Below are positions 18,726 through 28,371 of a stretch of 64,000 nt of DNA, piece by piece. The notes under the pieces are model-generated. The model made no database searches and was not told the origin of the DNA. It worked only from the letters and a program-made list of their open reading frames with translations. The stretch's first letter is position 1. Each line of letters starts with the position of its first letter. Origin of the DNA: an uncultured Nitrospirales bacterium (lineage in GTDB: Bacteria; Nitrospirota; Nitrospiria; Nitrospirales; UBA8639); assembly GCA_958295805.1 (NCBI GenBank), contig OY282373.1, positions 2,705,499-2,769,498 of the forward strand. Direction: 5' to 3'. Made by a program: the position numbers and the translations under genes.

Positions 18726-20027
18726 CTACGGGTACAGGCGATACAGCATACGAGGGAAGGGAATGGTTTCGCGGACGTGGGCGAGGCCGCAAATCCAGGC
18801 GACGGCCCGCTCAATGCCCATTCCAAAGCCGGCATGAGGGACGGAACCATAGCGGCGAAGGTCCAAATACCACTGGAACGCTTCCGCGGACAGGTGATGC
18901 GCTTCCAACCGTGCGGCTAAGGTCTGGTAATCATGAATCCGTTGGCCGCCTCCGATGATTTCGCCGTATCCTTCGGGAGCCAACACGTCCATGCAGAGAG
19001 CCCGGTCGGGATTCACGGGGTCCGCCTGCATATAAAAGGCCTTGACCGCTACGGGATAACGGTGGACCAGAACGGGTTTGTCAAATTGATTGGACAAAAG
19101 GGTTTCCTCTTCCGCGCCGAAATCATCGCCTTCTCGCATCGACGACCCCAGGCTCGTGAGCCGCTTCACGACCTCATCATAGGTGAGCCGGGGAAACGGT
19201 GGCACAATCGCTTCCAATTTGGAAATATCCCGTTCCAACGTCTTTAATTCTTCTTGACGGGTTTCCAAAACCCGTTGCACCACCATCGACAAAAAGGCCT
19301 CCGCCAAGTCCATCACGTCGGCCAATTCCGCAAAGGCCACTTCCGGTTCCACCATCCAGAATTCCATCAAATGGCGACGGGTCTTGGATTTCTCCGCGCG
19401 AAACGTCGGACCCAGACAATACACCTTTCCGAAGGCCGCGGCCGCGGCTTCTCCGTATAATTGTCCACTCTGCGTCAAATACGCCATTTGCTCAAAATAG
19501 TCGGTCTGGAAGAGCGTCGTCGTGCCTTCGCACGCGTTCGGCGTGAAAATGGGGGCGTCAATCAGGATAAAGTCTCGTTCCTCGAAAAAGGTTCGACAGG
19601 CTTTCAGAATTTCATGCCGAATTTTCAGGACGGCTTGTTGACGGGTTGAGCGAAGCCACAGGTGCCGGTGGTCCAATAAAAACCCGACGCCATGGTCTTT
19701 GGGTTGAACGGGAAACGGCTCGGCGACGTGAATAATCTCAAGGGCGGTCACTTCCAACTCATAGCCACCCGGAGCCCGCGTATCCGCACGAGGGACGCCG
19801 GTCACGACCAGGGAAGATTCTTGCGTTAATTGATTCGCGAGTTCAAATTGTGTCTCGCCCAACGTCCCTTTATTCACAACGGCCTGAATGTCCCCCGACC
19901 CGTCGCGGATCGTGAGAAACTGGAGTTTGCCGCTTGGTCGACGATGCCGGACCCATCCCTTGAGTTGAACTTCCTGACCGACCATTGTCGCAATGCGTGC
20001 GATGGACACGTGTGGCGGGGCACCCAT
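18726..20027 (-). CDS. asnS: Asparagine--tRNA ligase
   Basis: 433 aa class IIb aaRS with an OB-fold N-terminus ([22 protein letters not shown]) and the AsnRS-type motif [21 protein letters not shown]. Confidence 0.88.
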   Translation of the reverse strand: MGAPPHVSIARIATMVGQEVQLKGWVRHRRPSGKLQFLTIRDGSGDIQAVVNKGTLGETQFELANQLTQESSLVVTGVPRADTRAPGGYELEVTALEIIHVAEPFPVQPKDHGVGFLLDHRHLWLRSTRQQAVLKIRHEILKACRTFFEERDFILIDAPIFTPNACEGTTTLFQTDYFEQMAYLTQSGQLYGEAAAAAFGKVYCLGPTFRAEKSKTRRHLMEFWMVEPEVAFAELADVMDLAEAFLSMVVQRVLETRQEELKTLERDISKLEAIVPPFPRLTYDEVVKRLTSLGSSMREGDDFGAEEETLLSNQFDKPVLVHRYPVAVKAFYMQADPVNPDRALCMDVLAPEGYGEIIGGGQRIHDYQTLAARLEAHHLSAEAFQWYLDLRRYGSVPHAGFGMGIERAVAWICGLAHVRETIPFPRMLYRLYP

Positions 20028-20277
20028 ACTGAAGCTTCACCTCTTCGTCAAACCATGCAAAGACCGACCGCGCCCGAGGAACCGTGTGCCTCGGATGAAG
20101 AAACCTTTGTAAAATTCCCTTTCTCTGTCATCCTTGTATCTGGTCGCTGATTCGGTGCCAAATCTCGTGCTTTGCTCTGCTCTCCCCACCCGCATTCCCT
20201 CTTCGGAAATGCGCCCCTCACAAAGAGACCTTTGCAAAAGTCGGATGACTGCCCCCAGACACTCGTCGATCAACTTC

Positions 20278-20520
20278 GTCATTCCCGCTCCATTTCGTCA
20301 TTCCCGCGAAACCTGTCCCCGACATTTGTTGTCGGGGAGCGGGAATCCAGAAGGAGAGGCAGTACCGCCCTGGACGTAACAGTGAAGGGGATAGGCGGTG
20401 GTTCCCGACGGCGGCTCGGTCGCTTCTCGCTCCCGTGGCCCTTCCTTGAAAACCCAACCTGGATTCCCGCCTTCGCGGGAATGACAAAAGGGGGCGGGCA
20501 TGACGGAAGGGGGATGATTC
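20278..20520. repeat. Copy of the 'gtcattcccgc / gcgggaatcc' palindromic repeat family
   Basis: Contains gtcattcccgcgaaacc..., the hairpin tccccgaca-tttgt-tgtcgggga, and cctggattcccgccttcgcgggaatgacaaaag. Same family as the array at 31118-33310. Confidence 0.7.
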
Positions 20521-20647
20521 TGTCAGCGAATTCGTAAACATTTCCAGGAATGCCATTTTGCAAAGGGCTCATTAAGGGTAAAACGTGGCGAATTGACACC
20601 GACTCAAGGCCAAGACTATCATATTCCTTTTCAAGGAGGTCTGCATA

Positions 20648-20968
20648 ATGAGCTATACCATCACGGTTCGAGAGTTGAAGGATCGATTGGATAAAGGCGA
20701 GCAGGTGTTTTTATTGGACGTTCGGGAGCCCCATGAATATTCCATGGCGAAAATTGAGGGGTCCACGTTGATTCCGTTGGGGACCTTACCCACTTCGCTG
20801 AATCAGCTTGACCCGAATAATGAAATCGTGGCCTTGTGCCATAAGGGCATGCGAAGTGCCGATGCCGTGGGGTTTCTCCTGCAACAGGGGTTTGCCAACG
20901 TGAAAAACCTGATAGGCGGCATTGACGCCTGGTCCGTGGAAATTGATCCTTCCGTTCCGCGATATTGA
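20648..20968 (+). CDS. Rhodanese-domain sulfurtransferase (single domain)
   Basis: 106 aa with the active-site loop CHKGMRS. Strong RBS AAGGAGG upstream. Confidence 0.85.
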   Translation: MSYTITVRELKDRLDKGEQVFLLDVREPHEYSMAKIEGSTLIPLGTLPTSLNQLDPNNEIVALCHKGMRSADAVGFLLQQGFANVKNLIGGIDAWSVEIDPSVPRY

Positions 20969-21014
20969 CCGTTCCGTGCGGAGCCGACCTAAGAGCCAGG
21001 CTCTTGACGACGTT

Positions 21015-21938
21015 CTATCTTTTCCGCTGTTGAAAGAACTTGACGGTTTCGGCTAATCCCTCGGCCAGTGACACCGTCGGCGTCCATCCCGTCTCGTCGT
21101 GCAGTTTGCTCGCATCCAGGACGCTTCGTCGTATTTCCCCTTTTTTAGCCGGACCGTAGATTTCCGGACACGGTGAGTTCGTCAAGTGTTTGACCTGATC
21201 GAAAATAGTATTGACGTTCGTCTCGACCCCGGTGCCCACGTTGAAAATCCCCTGAACGTGGGGGTCCATTACAGCCCGCACGGCTCCCACCACGTCAAAG
21301 ACGTGAACAAAATCCCGCGTTTGCAGTCCATTTCCGTTAATCCGAACTTGTTCACCTTTGAGCATGTGTTGACTGAAGATCGCGACCACGCCGGCCTCTC
21401 CTTCGGGATTTTGTCGCGGGCCGTAAATATTGGCTAACCGGAGGGCCGCGTATCCCATTCCAGCAACGCGATGATAGTACTCCAGATAATATTCCCCCGC
21501 CAGTTTACTGATCCCATACGGGGACATCGGTTGCGTGGGATGCGATTCCGACGCAGGAAACACCCGCTGTTCGCCGTACACCGCGCCGCCCGAAGAGGCA
21601 AAAATGATTTTTCTGGTGCCGTGGGCCACGGCCAATTCCAGGAGATTAATGGTCCCGAGAACGTTCACGTCCGCGTCAAACGCGGGATCCTCCGTAGATT
21701 TTCGGACGTTCATTTGTGCGGCCATGTGTACGATGACCGTGGGCCGCTCTTTTTCTAACACCCGTTTCACGCGGGTACTGCGAACGTCCAATTTGTAGAA
21801 CGCGGCTTCTCGAGGAAGATTTTTGCGGCTCCCCGTCGAGAGGTCGTCAATCACGGAGACGCGATGCCCTTCTTGAACGCACTGGTCAACGACGTGAGAC
21901 CCGATAAATCCTGCACCACCCGTCACTAAAATATCCAT
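21015..21938 (-). CDS. NAD-dependent epimerase/dehydratase (UDP-glucose 4-epimerase-like SDR)
   Basis: Start set at MDILVTGGAGFIGSH (ATG 21938, RBS AAAGGGGAG). YxxxK catalytic motif (YGISK). Confidence 0.85.
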   Translation of the reverse strand: MDILVTGGAGFIGSHVVDQCVQEGHRVSVIDDLSTGSRKNLPREAAFYKLDVRSTRVKRVLEKERPTVIVHMAAQMNVRKSTEDPAFDADVNVLGTINLLELAVAHGTRKIIFASSGGAVYGEQRVFPASESHPTQPMSPYGISKLAGEYYLEYYHRVAGMGYAALRLANIYGPRQNPEGEAGVVAIFSQHMLKGEQVRINGNGLQTRDFVHVFDVVGAVRAVMDPHVQGIFNVGTGVETNVNTIFDQVKHLTNSPCPEIYGPAKKGEIRRSVLDASKLHDETGWTPTVSLAEGLAETVKFFQQRKR

Positions 21939-21991
21939 GGCTCCCCTTTCGATTGAACCCGGTGCGTGAGCATGAACGAACATGACGTGAA

Positions 21992-22759
21992 TTATTGGAG
22001 ACCCGGCGCGGTCCACCGCAGCCCCAACAGAATTTCACGATTCCCCTTTTTTCCTTGAATCGGCGAATCCCGTGTCCCCATGCACTCGAATCCCAGACGT
22101 CCGGCCATTTCCTGAATCCGTTGAGCCGTTTCCCGTCGGAGTGCATCATCCCGCACCACTCCCCCGCGTCCCACCTGCTTCACGCCTACTTCAAATTGCG
22201 GTTTGACCAAGACAATTACCGTTGCCTTCGGAGCAAGAAATTCGACTGCACGGGGCAGCACCAAGCGAAGTGAAATAAAGGAGACGTCGATGGCGACGAG
22301 GTGAATGGGCTCGGGGATGGCCGCAGGAGCGAGATGGCGAATATTACATCGTTCGAGCACGACGACTCGCTCATCCTTTCGGAGGCTCCAATCCAGTTGC
22401 CCGTACCCCACGTCCACGGCATAGACCCGACGGGCGCCCTGCTTGAGGAGACAATCCGTAAACCCGCCCGTCGACGCGCCGATATCCATGGCAACGATCC
22501 CGGGAACGTGAACGGGAAACGCTTCTAACGCGGCAAGAAGCTTTTCCCCTCCGCGACTGACGAACGGGGGTGAATCTTCCAGTTCAATGCTCGCATGGAC
22601 CGCAACCCGTTTGGCTTGCTTGTCCACGCGCATTCCATCGACTTTGACGGCTCCCGCCAGAATCATCCGCTGAGCTTGCTCCCGTGTGGGGACGAAGTGG
22701 CGCGTGACGAGCACTTCGTCAAGCCGCTGTTTTGAGACGTTGGGGTCGTGAGGCATCAA
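21992..22759 (-). CDS. tlyA: TlyA-family rRNA 2'-O-methyltransferase (S4 plus FtsJ domains)
   Basis: 255 aa with RLDEVLVTRHFVPTREQAQRMILAG (S4) and DIGASTGGFTDCLL (SAM motif I). Confidence 0.85.
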   Translation of the reverse strand: MMPHDPNVSKQRLDEVLVTRHFVPTREQAQRMILAGAVKVDGMRVDKQAKRVAVHASIELEDSPPFVSRGGEKLLAALEAFPVHVPGIVAMDIGASTGGFTDCLLKQGARRVYAVDVGYGQLDWSLRKDERVVVLERCNIRHLAPAAIPEPIHLVAIDVSFISLRLVLPRAVEFLAPKATVIVLVKPQFEVGVKQVGRGGVVRDDALRRETAQRIQEMAGRLGFECMGTRDSPIQGKKGNREILLGLRWTAPGLQ

Positions 22760-22819
22760 TTTGGGGAGGACGTCTTCGGCACGCCATTGTCAGGACGGGT
22801 TCACCGGGTGCATCAAGCG

Positions 22820-23080
22820 TCACGAGGAAAGGTCGGCGTTCACCTTCCTGGCCTCTTCATCAATGGAATACGCTTGTAATCGCTTTTTGCCGTCTTTGTC
22901 TTGAACCATAATTTCCACCCGCCGTTCGGCGTCATCCAGCATTTTGAGGCACGTTTTCGAGAGCTTGATCCCATCTTCAAACATCTTCAAGGAATCATTG
23001 AGCGGGAGATCCCCTTTTTCCAACTCGGCCACGATGGTCTCAAGCTTGGCCAAAGCCTCTTCAAATTTTAACGCCGCCAT
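22820..23080 (-). CDS. xseB: Exodeoxyribonuclease VII small subunit
   Basis: 86 aa. FEEALAKLETIVAELEKGDLPLNDSLKMFEDG matches the XseB consensus. Confidence 0.9.
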   Translation of the reverse strand: MAALKFEEALAKLETIVAELEKGDLPLNDSLKMFEDGIKLSKTCLKMLDDAERRVEIMVQDKDGKKRLQAYSIDEEARKVNADLSS

Positions 23081-23122
23081 AGAGTCCTACCCACGTCGAA
23101 GCGAAAGGAAAGTGCGGAAGGC

Positions 23123-23150
23123 ATTATACACCGTGACCATTCGACGTCAA
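23123..23150 (-). promoter_or_regulatory. Candidate sigma70 promoter for xseB (TTGACG-16 nt-TATAAT)
   Basis: The minus strand reads TTGACGtcgaatggtcacggtgTATAAT, ending ~42 nt upstream of the xseB ATG. Confidence 0.4.
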
Positions 23151-23443
23151 GGTTGAGGAGAAGTCCCTCACCGTTGGCATTCCAGGTGTCCTCGTTCAGA
23201 AGGACCGTAGGGAGAGGCTCTGTCATGCAACGTCTCTACACGAATGAAGCGTGAGGTCCCTGATAATTGAGAATGCGTTGATACGGCGACGACCCCGGTA
23301 AGCAGCACTGCGGAATGCGATTATAGGGCACGGCCGGCGCGGGCTTCAAATCCTCGTGAATTGTCACGTCCGCGGAGCGCGCACTGTCGTACTTGTGAGC
23401 CAGCGGCGTGCGGGATTGGTTTGGATTTTTATACTTGGATGGA

Positions 23444-24859
23444 TCACTCTATTTTTTCAACGAGACAGAACAGTCTTCCTTCTGCTAATCGAGCCCGGAG
23501 ACGGTCGCCCACTTGGACGGATTGCGCGTCCGTCACAATCCTGTCGCCGGGACTCGTCTGAATAATGCTGTAGCCGCGAGATAAAATCGCAAGCGGGCTT
23601 AACGTGTGAAGCGTGCTTGTCACGGTTCGCAGTCGATGCCGTCTTTCAGTCAACACCCAGGGCATGGCTCGATGGAGTCGTCGAAACAGTTGTTGCAGCA
23701 ACGTGCTCGCCCGTTGCCACGCTTGTCCCGGCCCCACGCGAAGCAGCGCAGTGGATAAGGCGATCGGTTTCGGACGGGTCACGGCAAGAACGGCGCGGAT
23801 GCCCCTGGTCAGACGGAAACCGAGTCCATCAACTCTTTGCACTTCTCGCTGAATGATCTGCAAGGGATCGGGAAGCGTCCGGGTGCTCACCTCTACCCGA
23901 TTCCGGTGAACCCGCAGGGTGCTCCGCAGGGCTTGAAACAGCCGGACGTTCTTTTCTCGTATCCCCTCTATCAGATCAACGAGCATCGGCGAGATCAATT
24001 CCGCGGCTGCCGACGGCGTCGGCGCTCGCGCATCAGCGGCAAAATCGGCCAACGTGACGTCAACGGCGTGTCCCACCGCTGAGATGATCGGAATACGAGA
24101 GTCGGCAATGGCTCGAACAACCACCTCTTCATTAAAACTCCACAAATCTTCCAGCGATCCTCCGCCTCTTCCCACGATGAGCACGTCCACGTTGCGTCGG
24201 CGATTGGCCAACCTTATGGCCTCCGCAATTTGCCGTGCGGCCCCGGGTCCCTGAACCGCCACGGGAAACAGATGGACGCCGATCACCGGGCAGCGCCGGC
24301 GTACCACCGTCACCACGTCGTGAAGGACGGCTCCCGTTCCTGACGTGATGACGCCGACTCGTCCGGGGAAGAAAGGAAGGGGGCGCTTGCGCGCGGGATC
24401 AAACAAGCCTTCCTGATCGAGTTTTTTCTTGAGTTGTTCAAAGGCAATCTGAAGCGCCCCGATTCCTTTGGGTTCGAGATACTCAACGAGGATTTGATAT
24501 TCCCCTCTAGGTTCATAGACGCTGACGTGACCTTTGACCAACACCATGAGGCCGTCTTCTAACTGAAAGGGGAGAGACGCGGCGACGCGCCGAAACGCCA
24601 CCGCGCGCATTTGCGCGTCCTGATCCTTGAGGGAAAAATATACGTGGCCGGAAGCGGGCGTGCGGAGATTGGAAATTTCCCCTTCGACCCACACGTCCGG
24701 AAACGCCCGTTCAAGCGTCGCGCGAACGGCGGTCGTCAGTTGGGTCACCGTGTAAACAGGCGGTAGAGAAGACACGAGCGTGGAGCGCGGATTTAGTGGA
24801 ATGATTCGACGCGGCGAACCCGTTGGATCCCGGTGGCCTTTCCCGTCGTCGGGTCGCAC
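23444..24859 (-). CDS. xseA: Exodeoxyribonuclease VII large subunit
   Basis: YTVTQLTTAVRATLERAFPDVWVEGEISN OB-fold N-terminus plus an XseA catalytic region. The ATG at 24859 overlaps the upstream gene by 67 nt. A GTG at 24774 (MSSLPPVYTV) is an alternative start. Confidence 0.9.
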   Translation of the reverse strand: MRPDDGKGHRDPTGSPRRIIPLNPRSTLVSSLPPVYTVTQLTTAVRATLERAFPDVWVEGEISNLRTPASGHVYFSLKDQDAQMRAVAFRRVAASLPFQLEDGLMVLVKGHVSVYEPRGEYQILVEYLEPKGIGALQIAFEQLKKKLDQEGLFDPARKRPLPFFPGRVGVITSGTGAVLHDVVTVVRRRCPVIGVHLFPVAVQGPGAARQIAEAIRLANRRRNVDVLIVGRGGGSLEDLWSFNEEVVVRAIADSRIPIISAVGHAVDVTLADFAADARAPTPSAAAELISPMLVDLIEGIREKNVRLFQALRSTLRVHRNRVEVSTRTLPDPLQIIQREVQRVDGLGFRLTRGIRAVLAVTRPKPIALSTALLRVGPGQAWQRASTLLQQLFRRLHRAMPWVLTERRHRLRTVTSTLHTLSPLAILSRGYSIIQTSPGDRIVTDAQSVQVGDRLRARLAEGRLFCLVEKIE

Positions 24860-25581
24860 TCAATCACAACCGCTCCCAACACCGCGGGACCCGTTGCCAC
24901 TTCAAATCGTCGAGGCATCTGCGTAAGAAATTTGTCGATCACCAGATCTTTTTTCATTCCAATCACGGAATTGACCGGACCGGTCATCCCAATATCCGTT
25001 AGATAAGCCGTTCCTTTGGGAAGAATCTGTTCATCCGCGGTTTGCACGTGGGTGTGCGTGCCCACGACCGCCGTGACGTGGCCGTCTAAGTAATGCCCCA
25101 TGGCCGTCTTCTCTGAGGTCGTTTCCGCGTGCATATCCACAATAATACAGGGAGTTCGGCCTTGAAGTTTTTTGACTTCTCGCTTGACCGCGTGAAAGGG
25201 ACAATCCAACGTCGGCATGAACGCCCGACCCATGACTTGGATCAGGCCCACTTTCTCACCGTTCGGCCTGTCAATGACCAGCGATCCTTCACCGGGAGCC
25301 CCATCAGGATAATTGGCCGGACGCAGGATGCGCGGCTCTTTCCGAATATGGTTCACCATTTCCTTTTTATCCCAGACGTGATTTCCGGTCGTGATCGCTG
25401 CAACTCCGAGATCCAACAGATCATCAGCCAAGTCAGGCGTAATGCCGAACCCACCGGCCATGTTCTCTCCATTCGCAAACACCACGTCCACGCGGTGCTC
25501 TTCGATCACCTTCTGGATGGACGTGGTGATGACGCGCCTTCCCGGCTCCCCGACAATGTCGCCGATAAACAGAATAACCAC
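24793..25581 (-). CDS. YmdB-like metallophosphoesterase (TIGR00282 family)
   Basis: 262 aa with MVILFIGDIVGEPGR, NGENMAGGFG and TGNHVWD motifs. Directly downstream of rny, as in many bacteria. Confidence 0.85.
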   Translation of the reverse strand: MVILFIGDIVGEPGRRVITTSIQKVIEEHRVDVVFANGENMAGGFGITPDLADDLLDLGVAAITTGNHVWDKKEMVNHIRKEPRILRPANYPDGAPGEGSLVIDRPNGEKVGLIQVMGRAFMPTLDCPFHAVKREVKKLQGRTPCIIVDMHAETTSEKTAMGHYLDGHVTAVVGTHTHVQTADEQILPKGTAYLTDIGMTGPVNSVIGMKKDLVIDKFLTQMPRRFEVATGPAVLGAVVIECDPTTGKATGIQRVRRVESFH

Positions 25582-25620
25582 GAGTGTCTGCGGTCCTTGT
25601 TGTTGATTCCAGCTACGTCG

Positions 25621-27198
25621 CTATTTGGCAAATTCAACGAATCGACTTTCCCGAATGACCGTCACTTTCACTTGGCCGGGATACGTCATTTCTTTCTCAA
25701 TTTTCTTGGACAAGTCGCGGGACAGATGGAAGGCTTCATTATCCGAAACGTCGTCTTGTCGAACAATGACTCGCACTTCCCGACCGGCCTGAATGGCATA
25801 GGCTTTCTCCACTCCGTTATATCCCGTCGCCAAGCTTTCCAATTTTTCCAATCGTTTGACGTAGGCTTCCAGTGTTTCACGTCTGGCCCCAGGTCGTGCC
25901 GCGGACAAGGCCTCGGCCGCCGCCACCAGCACGGATTCATGGCAAAGGGGTGGAACCTGTTCATGATGCGCGGCAATCGCATTCACGATTTTTTCAGACT
26001 CTCCGTACTTCTTCGCAATTTCGGCCCCCAACATGGCGTGGGTGCCCTCTTCTTCATGACTCACGACTTTCCCGATATCGTGCAACAACGCCCCGCGTTT
26101 CGCCAACTTGATATCCAATCCCAATTCCGCGGCCATAATGCCGCAAATGTATGCGGCTTCACGAGCATGATACAGATTGTTTTGTCCATAGCTGGTCCGG
26201 TAGCGTAACCGACCCAGGAGTTTCACGATCTCGGGATGAAAGTCGGAAAGCCCGAGCTCGAAGATCACTTTTTCAGCTTCTTCTCGCATCACTTTCTCAA
26301 GGTCGCCTTTCACTTTTTCCACGACCTCTTCAATGCGCGTCGGATGGATGCGCCCGTCCTCCATAAGCCGTTCAAGCGAGATTTTGGCAATCTCTCGTCG
26401 CAAGGGATCAAACCCGGACACGATCACCGCTTCCGGTGTTTCGTCAACGATTAAATCCACGCCCGTGGCCGCTTCAAGGGCTCGAATGTTTCGGCCTTCT
26501 CGTCCAATGATTCGTCCCTTCATGCCGTCATTGGCCAGGGATACGACCGAAATCGTGGCTTCATTGACGTAATCACGGGTAATTCGTTGGATCGCGTTGG
26601 TCACGGTTTCTTGCGCTTCTCGTTCGGCGCATTCCCGCGCTTCATCAAGGATGCGCTTCGAGAGTCCCGCTGCTTCCAAACGCACCTCGCTTTCAATTTC
26701 AGCCAACAGTTGCCGTTTGCCTTCTTCCGCGGTCAATCCGGCCACGTGTTCTAACGCTTCCCGATGTTCTTGTATCGTTTGCTCACAGAGGCGTTCTTTT
26801 TTCCCCAACGCCTCTTCCTGTCGCGAAAGCGTGTGGGTACGCTTGCGAAATTCCTCTTCACGACGTTCAAAATTTCCGACTTTTCGTTCCAATCCTTCTT
26901 CGCGTTGCCCCAACCGTTTTTCCAGCCGTTGCAGTTCTCCTCGTTTTTCCTTTTCTCGCTTTTCTATGTCGGCGTTGGATTGAAACAACAGATCTTTCGC
27001 TTCGATTTTGGCTTCCCTCACAAGATTCTCTGCTTCCCGCTCCGCTGATTGGGTTAGCTGACGAACGCGGTCTTCGGCTTCACGACGCCGGGCGGTCAAC
27101 CGAGCACGTTGAATCAGGCCGTTCAACACAAACCCAGCCCCCAGCCCAAGACCTCCCACCACCGCCATGCTCACGATCTCTTCAAAAATGGTCGTCAC
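25621..27198 (-). CDS. rny: Ribonuclease Y
   Basis: 525 aa with an N-terminal TM helix, coiled coil, KH domain (GRIIGREGRNIR) and HD domain (LLHDIGK). GTG start with GAAGGGGG upstream. Confidence 0.95.
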   Translation of the reverse strand: MTTIFEEIVSMAVVGGLGLGAGFVLNGLIQRARLTARRREAEDRVRQLTQSAEREAENLVREAKIEAKDLLFQSNADIEKREKEKRGELQRLEKRLGQREEGLERKVGNFERREEEFRKRTHTLSRQEEALGKKERLCEQTIQEHREALEHVAGLTAEEGKRQLLAEIESEVRLEAAGLSKRILDEARECAEREAQETVTNAIQRITRDYVNEATISVVSLANDGMKGRIIGREGRNIRALEAATGVDLIVDETPEAVIVSGFDPLRREIAKISLERLMEDGRIHPTRIEEVVEKVKGDLEKVMREEAEKVIFELGLSDFHPEIVKLLGRLRYRTSYGQNNLYHAREAAYICGIMAAELGLDIKLAKRGALLHDIGKVVSHEEEGTHAMLGAEIAKKYGESEKIVNAIAAHHEQVPPLCHESVLVAAAEALSAARPGARRETLEAYVKRLEKLESLATGYNGVEKAYAIQAGREVRVIVRQDDVSDNEAFHLSRDLSKKIEKEMTYPGQVKVTVIRESRFVEFAK

Positions 27199-27769
27199 CC
27201 CCTTCTCTGCTCGCGCATGCGAGGTCGCTCACGTACGCTTCTTCAAGGAATCCCCATGGTGCTATCATCATCCGGCAAGACAATGTCTCCCCGGTCGACT
27301 CGTGCCACGGAAACGACGTTTGGAACAGAACGGACAGGAAATAGGAAATGAAACGGCGAAAAAGTGGAAGATCCACTCTTTAGAGACTACGAGGGTGTCG
27401 CCACACGATCACAACGGGTAGAAAAACTTCTGAATTTCGACCTCGTGAACACTCTCCACAACGAACGTGTCTTCGTTGTGGGTAGACTCAGGCAGCTCTC
27501 ATGAGCCGGTTCTCTCAGCATGAGTTTTCTGCCTGATGAAGACTCTTCCTCCAAGTCGGTCATTCTTCATACAACGCAAAATTTAACGCCGGTCAATCAC
27601 TCACACCCTCACATTTCGAAACACCGCGTTCATTTCTTGTCATGTGCCGTCACGCACGGGACCTTCTCTGAAGGCCGCGTGTATCCCTCTGTCAACAGGT
27701 TAACATTTTTACGCACGACAACGGGGGCACGCTATCAGAAGAGTCGAGCCTCATGCAAGGGAATTGACT

Positions 27770-28066
27770 CTAGACGCTGCCACTTGATTCAAGCCGGGAA
27801 TCAATACACGACAGCAACCCATCGGCCCGACGTGCAATCTCCGCCTCACCCGCTTCGCGCCGCCGCTCTTGCTGAAACAGTTGATTCGCGATATTCATTG
27901 CGGCCAGAATCGCAATTTTTGTCGGGGTGGACCGGGTCAATCCTTGTGCCACGGAATGCATTTGCTCTTCAACGTACCGGGCGAGCTCCTGGACGTACTC
28001 TTCATCTTCATGAGGGTGCAAGGCCAACCGCTGGCCATACACGTCAATTTCAATACCCTTAGTCAC
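27770..28066 (-). CDS. zapA: Cell division protein ZapA
   Basis: 98 aa. The pattern IEIDVYGQRLALHPHEDEEYVQELARYVEEQM...AILAAMNIANQL is typical of ZapA. Confidence 0.8.
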   Translation of the reverse strand: MTKGIEIDVYGQRLALHPHEDEEYVQELARYVEEQMHSVAQGLTRSTPTKIAILAAMNIANQLFQQERRREAGEAEIARRADGLLSCIDSRLESSGSV

Positions 28067-28316
28067 GTGTCACCCCATGCAATTCAGTCTCTGACAATTC
28101 AAGCCCGTCCAATTCGTCAAGGATCCGTTCAATGCGGGACTTAATCGTCTTGCGTTCTTCTTCCCAATCGTGAGAAAGGACCTCCTGCTTCATCAATTGC
28201 TCCTGAGTTAAACGTAATTCCTCCTGAAGAGAACTCTTGGTCTGTTTTAATTCCTGGACCATATCCACCAATTGCCGTACCCGGACCTCCAAGGCCTCCA
28301 TTTTTTCAAGACTCAT
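28059..28316 (-). CDS. ZapB-like coiled-coil protein
   Basis: Start set at ATG 28316 (MSLEKMEALEVRVRQLVDMVQELK...). 85 aa, fully coiled coil, overlaps the zapA start. Functional name rests on architecture and context only. Confidence 0.5.
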   Translation of the reverse strand: MSLEKMEALEVRVRQLVDMVQELKQTKSSLQEELRLTQEQLMKQEVLSHDWEEERKTIKSRIERILDELDGLELSETELHGVTRD

Positions 28317-28371
28317 CGTATCAGTCCTTAGATAAAATAAAAATAGAAATGGTTTCGCTAAAATAAAATCT

